The notes under the pieces were generated by a model. It worked only from the letters and a program-made list of their open reading frames with translations. It was not told the origin of the DNA and made no database searches. From Firmicutes bacterium UBA3567 (GTDB lineage: Bacteria > Bacillota > Thermosediminibacteria > Koleobacterales > UBA3567), in the NCBI GenBank assembly GCA_002376045.1, contig DFNM01000154.1, forward strand, positions 1 to 38,644: 38,644 nt of DNA, written 5' to 3'. The position numbers and the translations under genes are program-made. Below are positions 8,584 to 16,474 of the stretch, one piece after another. Position 1 is the stretch's first letter. Each line of letters begins with the position of its first letter.

Positions 8584-9487
8584 TTTATGTGTAAACATTG
8601 CCGGAATAAAAATGAAAAATCCCTTTACTGTAGGGTCTGGCACCTTTGGAAATGATGGGGAATTCGAAAAGTTTTTTCCAATAGAATTACTGGGGGCATT
8701 GACACCCAAAACCATCAGGTCCTACGAATGGCCCGGAAATCCTCCTCCAAGGCTTGCAGAAGCTGCTGCAGGGTTATTGAGTTCAGTAGGTATTCCCAGC
8801 AAGAGCTGGGAGCGCTTTGTAAAAGAAGATGTTCCAGTATTAAAGAAGATACCCATTCCCGTTATCCAGAGTGTGATTGGAAGAACAGAGGAAGAGTATG
8901 TTGAGATTGTTAAGAAATGTTCGGATCTGGGAGTTTTTGCTGGCATTGAGTTGAATTTATCATGCCCCAACCTCAAACAGGGCGGATTGTCCTTTGGGAG
9001 TGACCCACAAGCCTCAGAAAGCCTTATCAAAAAAGTTAGGAAACAGACAAAACTCCCTTTAATTGCTAAATTGCCACCGGATTATTCTAATATAGTAAAT
9101 GTTGCAAAAGCAGTAGAGAGTGCTGGAGCTGATGCCATTGCTATGATTAATGCACCTAGGGCAATGGCCATTGATTATAAAACAAGGAAACCCGTTTTAG
9201 GGAACAAGGTGGGTGCCCTGTCAGGACCGGCCATTAAGCCTATAGCCGTTTACCTAGTCTGGGAAGTATACAAGGCGGTAAGTATACCGATTATAGGGAT
9301 GGGCGGCATAGTGGATTTCAGGGATGTAATAGAGTTTATGTCAGCTGGAGCCAGGGCCGTTGCTTTCGGTACCATAAATTTCATAGATACTCAGGCCATT
9401 CCTAGGGCCCTGAAGGATTTGGAGAATTATCTCATTGAAAACAACATAGATGATGTTAATGAAATAGTGGGTTGTGCTCACTGTTAG
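8576..9487 (+). CDS. Second, divergent PyrD-like flavoprotein (family 1B fold, altered active site)
   Basis: ATG 8576 after GGAGGT, in frame with the 8456 ORF; [22 protein letters not shown] and GMGGI are kept; NSVGL becomes SSVGI and INT becomes INA. Confidence 0.9.
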   Translation: MPNLCVNIAGIKMKNPFTVGSGTFGNDGEFEKFFPIELLGALTPKTIRSYEWPGNPPPRLAEAAAGLLSSVGIPSKSWERFVKEDVPVLKKIPIPVIQSVIGRTEEEYVEIVKKCSDLGVFAGIELNLSCPNLKQGGLSFGSDPQASESLIKKVRKQTKLPLIAKLPPDYSNIVNVAKAVESAGADAIAMINAPRAMAIDYKTRKPVLGNKVGALSGPAIKPIAVYLVWEVYKAVSIPIIGMGGIVDFRDVIEFMSAGARAVAFGTINFIDTQAIPRALKDLENYLIENNIDDVNEIVGCAHC

Positions 9488-9558
9488 TAATAGAAAGGGT
9501 GTATTCCAAACATTTCAGATGGATCAGGGAATCAAACAAAAACAGAGGGGGTGGAAAG

Positions 9559-10740
9559 GTGGCAAACAAAATTGTAGCTGAAATAGAAAAGGGTATAAAT
9601 GAAAAAGACCTTGTAGATTTGGCCCTTCGATTGGTGCGAAAACCCAGTCCACAAACGGATAAATTGGAATATGATCCCCAGATAAAGGCTTTTATTAGTA
9701 AGATTGTAGTTGATGAATTGAAAGCCCGTAATATTGAAAACATCGACCTTGATGCCATGGGCAATCTGGTGTGCCGTGTGGGCAACCCCAATGGCGGGAA
9801 AAAAGTTTTCTTTCTGGCGTATGCCATGACCCATCCCGCCTCATCTATGGTTGATCCTTTTAAAGGTGAAATCATTGAAGTTAACGGGAAAAAAGCCATC
9901 CGCGGGCGAGGAATTTCAGAACAAAAGGGATCATTGACGGCAATGATTGCAGCTTTAGATTTTGTAAACCACCATCGAGAACAGCTTGATGGAGAGTTGG
10001 TATTTGCAGTGAGTCTGGCAGGAGAAACAGGCCGCCATGATGCTATTGATAGTATCCGCAAATTTACTGGATTAAAAGCAGATTTTGGGGTAGTAGGTAT
10101 TGGTACAGATAACGGTATTTGCCAGGGAAATAAAGGTCGAGTGGATGTTGAAATTATTGTATACGGCAAATCATGTCATAGCAGCACTCCCGAGAAAGGG
10201 ATAAATGCAATAGAAGGGGCATGCGAGATAATAAAGAAGCTTAAAGAGATTGAGCTTGAAGGCAATCATCCAAAACTTGGAAAACCAACTCTTGTTTCAA
10301 CTTCTATCAAGAGTTTCCCGGATGCGACTCACACGATTCAGAACGAATGCCATATAATTTATGACCGCCGTTTGCTTCCGGGAGATGATCCGGAAGCAGC
10401 AGTTGAACAAATTCGTCAGGCAATAGGTGATATTTCTCCTTATAAGGTTGAAGTTCATCGGGGCTCGGTAACATTGCCTTCAGAGGTTCCCGGCGATTCC
10501 GTTGTAGTTGTTGGTTTGAAGGAAGCAATTCGAGAGGTTTACGGAAAAAGCGCAAAAATATTTTATTCAAACAGTGCTATTGATGCCGGTTACTTGAATA
10601 AACATAACATTCCAGCTGTCATGTTTGGACCCGGAAACATGGAGTTTTGGCATACCGATAATGAGATACTTTTGATAGAAGATTTGCTGAAGGGCGCTTA
10701 TATTTACACTTATTTGAGTATAAAATATTTGAAAAAGTAG
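9559..10740 (+). CDS. M20 ArgE/DapE-fold protein with non-canonical metal-ligand motifs
   Basis: GTG 9559 after GGGGGTG; GRG, GKSCHSSTPEKGINAI, DRRLLPG, DAGYL, FGPG and WHTDNE give the ArgE/DapE fold; HxD, D, EE and E ligand positions are altered. Confidence 0.82.
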   Translation: MANKIVAEIEKGINEKDLVDLALRLVRKPSPQTDKLEYDPQIKAFISKIVVDELKARNIENIDLDAMGNLVCRVGNPNGGKKVFFLAYAMTHPASSMVDPFKGEIIEVNGKKAIRGRGISEQKGSLTAMIAALDFVNHHREQLDGELVFAVSLAGETGRHDAIDSIRKFTGLKADFGVVGIGTDNGICQGNKGRVDVEIIVYGKSCHSSTPEKGINAIEGACEIIKKLKEIELEGNHPKLGKPTLVSTSIKSFPDATHTIQNECHIIYDRRLLPGDDPEAAVEQIRQAIGDISPYKVEVHRGSVTLPSEVPGDSVVVVGLKEAIREVYGKSAKIFYSNSAIDAGYLNKHNIPAVMFGPGNMEFWHTDNEILLIEDLLKGAYIYTYLSIKYLKK

Positions 10741-10776
10741 ATTGGATTTTATTGGTATACAGAGGGAGTGGAGGAG

Positions 10777-11253
10777 ATGACTAACAAATCTATTTTGGTC
10801 ATTGACGTGGAAAAGTGTACAGGTTGCAGGCTTTGTGAAACAGTGTGTTCATTAGACCATGAAGGGGTTGTTGCTCCTAAGGAGACCAGGATATCGGTGA
10901 TTAAGAAAGAAGAAACCGGTGCTGACATACCTGTTGTTTGTCAACAGTGCGAACGGCCCTTGTGTATGGAAGTTTGTCCTTCACTTGCTATCAGTCGTGA
11001 TGAAAGAACGGGAACTGTAAATATTGATGAATCTAGATGTATTGGCTGTAGCATGTGTTTCATGGCTTGTCCCATTGGTGGAATAACCATCACCAAAGAA
11101 AAAAAGATGAAAAAATGTGATTTATGTGGAGGAAAACCTCTTTGTGCCGATCATTGCCCTACAAAAGCAATTGAATTTTTACCAGTTACTAAGGTTACAG
11201 AACAAAAGAGACGTAAAGGAATAAGAAAGATGCTAACTCTCCTTAACTATTAA
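10777..11253 (+). CDS. 4Fe-4S polyferredoxin subunit (DmsB/CooF/AorA-like)
   Basis: Four Cys motifs: CTGCRLCETVC, CQQCERPLCMEVCP, CIGCSMCFMACP, CDLCGGKPLCADHCP. Confidence 0.92.
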   Translation: MTNKSILVIDVEKCTGCRLCETVCSLDHEGVVAPKETRISVIKKEETGADIPVVCQQCERPLCMEVCPSLAISRDERTGTVNIDESRCIGCSMCFMACPIGGITITKEKKMKKCDLCGGKPLCADHCPTKAIEFLPVTKVTEQKRRKGIRKMLTLLNY

Positions 11254-11272
11254 TAACTTTGGGGGTATTGAT

Positions 11273-13114
11273 ATGAAAAGGTTTGCCTATGGAAAGGTGC
11301 TATACATTGATCTAACTACAGGTGAATATGAAGTCAAACCTATTGAACAAGAAGAAATAAAGAGGTATTTGGGTGGAAGAGGTTTAAACGGAAAGCTACT
11401 ATATGATTTAATCTCCGGGAAGGAAGATCCATTGTCCCCTGAAAACCCATTGATTTTTGGAGTTGGACTGCTTACGGGTACACCCATCCCGAGTTCAAGC
11501 CGATATACAGTAACATCCCTTTCGCCCTTAACTGGTGGTTTTGGTGATGGAAACTCAGGAGGATTTTTTGGACCAGAAATGCGTTTTGCTGGCTATAGCC
11601 ACATTGTTATTACTGGGCGGGCAAAAAAGCCGGTTTACCTCTATATTGAAGATGATAAAGTAGAAATTAAAAGCGCGGTGCACTTGTGGGGAAAAGATAC
11701 ATGGGAAACCGATGCCCTTATCAAAGAAGAAATGGGGGACTCTGAATTACAAATTGCTTGTATTGGTCCTGCAGGGGAAAATATGGCTAAGATTGCATGC
11801 ATCATTAACAACTTAACCAGAGCTATTGGTAGGTCGGGCATGGGTGCGGTAATGGGCTCTAAAAACCTTAAAGCAGTTGCAATAAGGGGCTCTGGAAAAG
11901 TAAGAGTTGCTTCTAAGGAAAAAGTATTTAAAGTTTTAAAAGATTTTCGTGAGTTAATAAAAAGCGATATGTCCTTTAAATTGTTTAGCAAATATGGTAC
12001 ACCAGGACTGGTAGATGTTTATAACTCTAGAGGAGTTTTTCCTGTAAAAAACTTCCAAGAATCATGGCTTCCTGATGCGGAGAGTATTAGTGGAGAAGTT
12101 TTTATCAAAAAATATGCTAAGAAAGCTAAGGCGTGTTATAATTGCATGGTACATTGTAGCCATTTTTATGAACTAAAGGATTCACATAAAGAAGAAGGTT
12201 TGGAATTTGAGTCGATAGGGGCTCTGGGCCCGCGTATTGGCATAACCGATTACCCTACAATTCTAAAAGCGAATCATTTGTGTAATCGCTACGGATTGGA
12301 TACTATAGGAGCAGGTGATGTTATTGGCTTTATTACGGAGGTTTTTGAAAGAGGTTTTGTTTCTAAAGAAGAGGTTGAAGGACTAGATTTGTGTTGGGGA
12401 AATAGTGAATTGGTTCCGGTACTCCTTAAGAAGATTTCTCACCGGGAGGGAATTGGAGATTTATTGGCTGAAGGTTCCTATAGAGCTGCTTTAAAGATAG
12501 GCCGTAATACAGAATACTATGCAATGCATGTTAAGGGCCAGGCTATAATCTCTGCTGATCCTAGAGGACTTCGAGGATGGGGATTGGGATATGCTGTAGC
12601 CAGTAGAGGGGCTGATCATTTAAGAGCATACCCTGTAGTTGAATACTGTTTTACTCCAGAGAAGGCTGAGGAAATTTGGGGTATTCGTGAAGCTGTAGAC
12701 AGAACAGCCTATGCTGGAAAAGGAAAATTAGTTAAGTGGTGTGAGGATGTGAGGGCATTGGCTGATTCCTTGGGGATCTGTAAATTTATAACTCGAACAG
12801 CGTATTTGTTGCCTCAACAACTGAACCAACTGATTGAAGCTATAACTGGTGTTTCCTTCAATGCCGATGAATTGATGAAGATTGGAGAAAGGATAAATAA
12901 TACCGAAAAATTAATTAATATCCGGAGAGGTTTTAGCCGAAAAGATGATGCTCTTCCCGAGCGACTTAAAAAAGAACCCATTCCTGAAGGCCCATCTGCT
13001 GGAATGACTATCGATATAACCGATATATTGAATGAGTACTATCAAGAAAGAGGTTGGGATTTAAAAACCAGTCATCCAACTCCTCAAAAACTTGCAGAAT
13101 TGGGGCTGAAATAA
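11273..13114 (+). CDS. Aldehyde ferredoxin oxidoreductase family W/Mo-pterin enzyme
   Basis: YLGGRG, SPLTG, CIGPAGEN, GRSGMGAVMGSKNLKA, CYNCMVHC, GLDTI, RGADHL, DSLGIC, YYQERGWD. Confidence 0.93.
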   Translation: MKRFAYGKVLYIDLTTGEYEVKPIEQEEIKRYLGGRGLNGKLLYDLISGKEDPLSPENPLIFGVGLLTGTPIPSSSRYTVTSLSPLTGGFGDGNSGGFFGPEMRFAGYSHIVITGRAKKPVYLYIEDDKVEIKSAVHLWGKDTWETDALIKEEMGDSELQIACIGPAGENMAKIACIINNLTRAIGRSGMGAVMGSKNLKAVAIRGSGKVRVASKEKVFKVLKDFRELIKSDMSFKLFSKYGTPGLVDVYNSRGVFPVKNFQESWLPDAESISGEVFIKKYAKKAKACYNCMVHCSHFYELKDSHKEEGLEFESIGALGPRIGITDYPTILKANHLCNRYGLDTIGAGDVIGFITEVFERGFVSKEEVEGLDLCWGNSELVPVLLKKISHREGIGDLLAEGSYRAALKIGRNTEYYAMHVKGQAIISADPRGLRGWGLGYAVASRGADHLRAYPVVEYCFTPEKAEEIWGIREAVDRTAYAGKGKLVKWCEDVRALADSLGICKFITRTAYLLPQQLNQLIEAITGVSFNADELMKIGERINNTEKLINIRRGFSRKDDALPERLKKEPIPEGPSAGMTIDITDILNEYYQERGWDLKTSHPTPQKLAELGLK

Positions 13115-13393
13115 ATGGTTAAAGTGCAATATATAGGCCCTATAAGAAAATTTGTAGAGGAAACTGTAGTAGATTATAATGTGGATACTCCTATTTCTAT
13201 ACAAGAATTAATAGATTATCTTGTAAAAAAATATGGAGACAAATTCAAACAAGAAATATTTACCAAAGCGGGAGATGCTTTTTTCTATCAAATTTTAATT
13301 AATGGTCAAAACATATATAAATTGGAAGGATATCAAAGTAAAGTCAATGATGGGGATATGGTGTTAATTTCAGTTCCCCTGAGTGGAGGTTGA
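13115..13393 (+). CDS. MoaD/ThiS-family sulfur carrier
   Basis: 92 aa, ILING, C-terminal GG; abuts the AOR stop (TAAATG). Confidence 0.88.
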   Translation: MVKVQYIGPIRKFVEETVVDYNVDTPISIQELIDYLVKKYGDKFKQEIFTKAGDAFFYQILINGQNIYKLEGYQSKVNDGDMVLISVPLSGG

Positions 13394-13418
13394 TGAACAC
13401 TGGATAGGTGGTGTAAAA

Positions 13419-14645
13419 ATGAAGTATGTAATTGTAGGCAATAGTGCTGCTGCGGTCAGGGCTGTGGAAGGTATAAGAAATGTAGACAAAACGTCACCAA
13501 TTACGATAATTAGTCGAGAAGAATATACAGCGTATTCGCCCATTTTAACTACCTATCTGATTGCAGACCAGATTAAGATCAAAGATATGGTTTACCGGGA
13601 TTATGATTGGTATGAAAAATTAAAAGTAGACCTAGTTTTAAATACTACCATTGCTAAAGTTGATAGTGTCTCCAAGAAAGTAATCGCAAGTGATGGTAAA
13701 AGTTGGTCCTATGATAAATTACTGATTGCAACAGGGGCTTCTCCCTTTTTCCCCAACATTCAGGGTGTTGATTTAAGAGGTGTTTTTGGAATACGCACTT
13801 TAAAAGATGCTTTAGAAATTAAAAAAATGCTTCCTGGAGTAGAAAAAGCGGTAGTTATAGGAGGAGGTCTGGTAAGCTGTAAGGCAGCTGAAGCCCTTAG
13901 GAAAAAAGGAATCCAAGTAGAAATGGTAATAAGTTCAAAACAACTTCTTTCCAAAATGCTGGATAAAGAATTGGCCTCTACAGTCCAAAAACGGGTAGAA
14001 AAAGCTGGTATTAACCTGAGAATGGGCAGGGACGTAACTTTAATTGAAGGCCAGCAAAAGGTAGAAGGAGTAAGATTGGATTCAGGAGAGATTATAACCT
14101 GTCAGATGGTAGTAGTTGGAAAAGGAGTGCGGCCTAATGTTGGTCTGGTTGATTCCCGCCAAATAAAGATAGATAAAGGTATTTTAGTTGATTCTTTCCT
14201 CCAGACAAGTTCCCCGGATGTTTATGCGGCAGGCGATGTTGCACAGGTTAATGATATGTTAACTGAGAAACAGGAAGTTAATGCTATTTGGCCTGAGGCT
14301 TTAGAACAAGGTTATATTGCTGGATTGAATATGGCGGGGGAATCAGTGGTTTACCCTGGAAGTATTAAACGTAATACTTTAAATCTATTTGGCCTTAATG
14401 TGGCTTCTATAGGTTTTTCTCAAGTCTGTAAAGATAACCAAAAGGCTTATTTTTTAAGAAAGGGTAGAGAATCATACTGGCATTTGATTATGGAAAATGG
14501 ATATCTAGTTGGTGCAACAGCAGTAGGAGATATCAAGGGGATTGGTGTTTTGGCTTCATTTATTAAACGAAGAAAAAAACTTAATAAATCTTATAAAATG
14601 TTGAATCCTTCAATATTTATCCATCCAGAATATTTGGGTGTTTGA
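13419..14645 (+). CDS. FAD/NAD-dependent oxidoreductase (pyridine nucleotide-disulfide family, AorC/NirB-N-like)
   Basis: VIVGNSAAA, YDKLLIATGA, VVIGGGLV, GVRPN, VYAAGDVA; ATG 13419 after AGGTGG. Confidence 0.9.
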   Translation: MKYVIVGNSAAAVRAVEGIRNVDKTSPITIISREEYTAYSPILTTYLIADQIKIKDMVYRDYDWYEKLKVDLVLNTTIAKVDSVSKKVIASDGKSWSYDKLLIATGASPFFPNIQGVDLRGVFGIRTLKDALEIKKMLPGVEKAVVIGGGLVSCKAAEALRKKGIQVEMVISSKQLLSKMLDKELASTVQKRVEKAGINLRMGRDVTLIEGQQKVEGVRLDSGEIITCQMVVVGKGVRPNVGLVDSRQIKIDKGILVDSFLQTSSPDVYAAGDVAQVNDMLTEKQEVNAIWPEALEQGYIAGLNMAGESVVYPGSIKRNTLNLFGLNVASIGFSQVCKDNQKAYFLRKGRESYWHLIMENGYLVGATAVGDIKGIGVLASFIKRRKKLNKSYKMLNPSIFIHPEYLGV

Positions 14646-14747
14646 ACAATATTTTTAAGGAGGTGATAATCTAAAACAATAGAATGTCTTTGATCAACAA
14701 GTGGTTTTATGGGGGGACAAAAATTTATTAAAAAGGAGGAAGATTTA

Positions 14748-15803
14748 ATGAAAAAGGTAAGTAAAGTTGTTGTTTTTATAATTGTATTAACTTTGGTAGC
14801 TTTATTTGTAGGGGGATGTGCTTCAAAATCTGAAAATGAAAATAATCAACCTTCAGAACAAGTAAGCGAAAGCAATCAAAAACAATACACGATTAAGATT
14901 ACCCACGTTTTAAGTGATAAACATCACTATACAAAAGGTGCTAAAAAATTTAAAGAAATTATTGAAGAAAAATCCAATGGTCGAATTAAGGTAGAAATCT
15001 ATCCCAATGCACAACTTGGAGGAGAACGTACCGTTTTAGAAGGTTTACAAATGGGAACCATTGAAATGGGTATTATTACTTCTGGTGCATTGAGTGGTTT
15101 TGTACCGGAATTTGCAGTGCTGGATTTAGGTTACCTGTTCCGGGATAATGATGAAGCAATGAAAGTATTGAATGGTCCTGTGGGCCAGGAGCTTTCCCAA
15201 AAAATGGTTGATATTGGTATTCGGAATTTAGGTTTTATTAATTACGCTTTCCGTAGTGTCTACGGTAAGAAACCTATTCAAACAATCGATGATCTTAAGG
15301 GAGTAAAGATCAGAACAATGGAAAACCCTGCTCACCAGGCATTATTTAAAGCTCTTGGTGCAAGCCCTGTTCCAATGGCCTGGCCTGAACTATATACGGG
15401 TTTGCAGCAGGGGACTATAGATGCAGCGGAAAACTCACCTGATGTTTTGTATGCCTCTAAACACTACGAGGTTGCTAAACACTATTCACTAACAGAACAC
15501 GTTTTCAATGTGGTAATGTATATGATAAGCGAAAAATTCTATCAAACACTTCCTGAAGACTTACAAAACATGGTAGCTGATGCAGCAAAACAAGCAATTG
15601 AATATGAGAACGGTGTAATTAGAAATGATATAAATAATGCTCTTAGTGAACTGAAGAAAGTTGGCGTTGAGATTTATGAAATCCAGAATAAAGAACCTTT
15701 CTACGAAGCTGCCAAGCAAAGTTGGGAAGAAGTGATTAAAGATATTCCTAATGGTGAAGAATATTTAAACAAAATTCTTAAAGCCGAAGGTCGCAACAAG
15801 TAG
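14748..15803 (+). CDS. dctP: TRAP transporter substrate-binding lipoprotein
   Basis: Lipobox FVGGC; IYPNAQLG, DLKGVKIRTM (conserved carboxylate-binding Arg), ELYTGLQQGTIDAAEN. Confidence 0.93.
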   Translation: MKKVSKVVVFIIVLTLVALFVGGCASKSENENNQPSEQVSESNQKQYTIKITHVLSDKHHYTKGAKKFKEIIEEKSNGRIKVEIYPNAQLGGERTVLEGLQMGTIEMGIITSGALSGFVPEFAVLDLGYLFRDNDEAMKVLNGPVGQELSQKMVDIGIRNLGFINYAFRSVYGKKPIQTIDDLKGVKIRTMENPAHQALFKALGASPVPMAWPELYTGLQQGTIDAAENSPDVLYASKHYEVAKHYSLTEHVFNVVMYMISEKFYQTLPEDLQNMVADAAKQAIEYENGVIRNDINNALSELKKVGVEIYEIQNKEPFYEAAKQSWEEVIKDIPNGEEYLNKILKAEGRNK

Positions 15804-15889
15804 TTAAGTGAGGAACAAGTATAAAGTTTGCAACGGTAGCATTTGATGGAAAATGGAGTATCACATGGTTATCCCATAAGTTTTTATTC

Positions 15890-15954
15890 TTTCATGCAGG
15901 ATTCCCCATGGTAGAGTCAGTTATTAGAGATGTAAAAGGGAATCCTGCATGAAA
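15890..15954. repeat. Perfect 17-bp inverted repeat between dctP and dctQ
   Basis: tttcatgcaggattccc (15890-15906) and gggaatcctgcatgaaa (15938-15954), 31-nt loop. Confidence 0.85.
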
Positions 15955-16003
15955 AATTGAAAGCCTATAACTATAAAAACACATTGAACAAGAAGGTGAT
16001 ATA

Positions 16004-16474
16004 GTGAAAGTTAAAAAGAAACTAGATAAAATAATAGATTCAATATCGATTTTTATATTGGTAGCTATGGTTTTTTTTACTTTTTTACAAGTGGTTGGTC
16101 GTTATATATTTCGACATCCTCCCTCCTGGACTGAAGAAGTTGCCCGTTACTTGTCGGTTTGGTTGACCTTCTTGGGAGCAGCCATAGCTTTTCGGACTTG
16201 GGAACATTTGGGTGTGGATTTTTTTGTTAACAGAATGCCAGATTCGATCCAAAAAGTTGTTATGTTTTTTATCAATTTAATTTTAAGTATTATTTTAATA
16301 TTGTTAGTTTGGAAAGGTTATAATATGACACTTTTTGCTGTGCGCCAATTATCCCCTGCTATGCGAATCCCTATGGCAATTCCTTACGCAGCTATCCCCG
16401 TGGGTTGTAGTTTGATGCTTTTAGAAGTGTTACTGAATTTTGTTAGGATTAAAAAAGGAGAGGAGGCTCATTAA
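16004..16474 (+). CDS. dctQ: TRAP transporter small permease
   Basis: QVVGRY, WTEEVARY, FLGAA, H-x-x-VD; four hydrophobic segments. Confidence 0.92.
   Translation: MKVKKKLDKIIDSISIFILVAMVFFTFLQVVGRYIFRHPPSWTEEVARYLSVWLTFLGAAIAFRTWEHLGVDFFVNRMPDSIQKVVMFFINLILSIILILLVWKGYNMTLFAVRQLSPAMRIPMAIPYAAIPVGCSLMLLEVLLNFVRIKKGEEAH

Noticed and set aside
7789-9487. Recent tandem duplication or assembly artefact of pyrK-pyrD, or a PreT/PreA dihydropyrimidine dehydrogenase
   Set aside because: The copies are strongly diverged; PyrD2 lacks the C-terminal 4Fe-4S domain of PreA and its partner is PyrK-like, not GltD-like.
8456-9558. Long N-terminal extensions in the ORF track (8456, 9472; likewise 13383, 14709, 20072, 35130, 35782)
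   Set aside because: They overlap upstream genes or lack an RBS; downstream starts have good Shine-Dalgarno sequences and match family N-termini.
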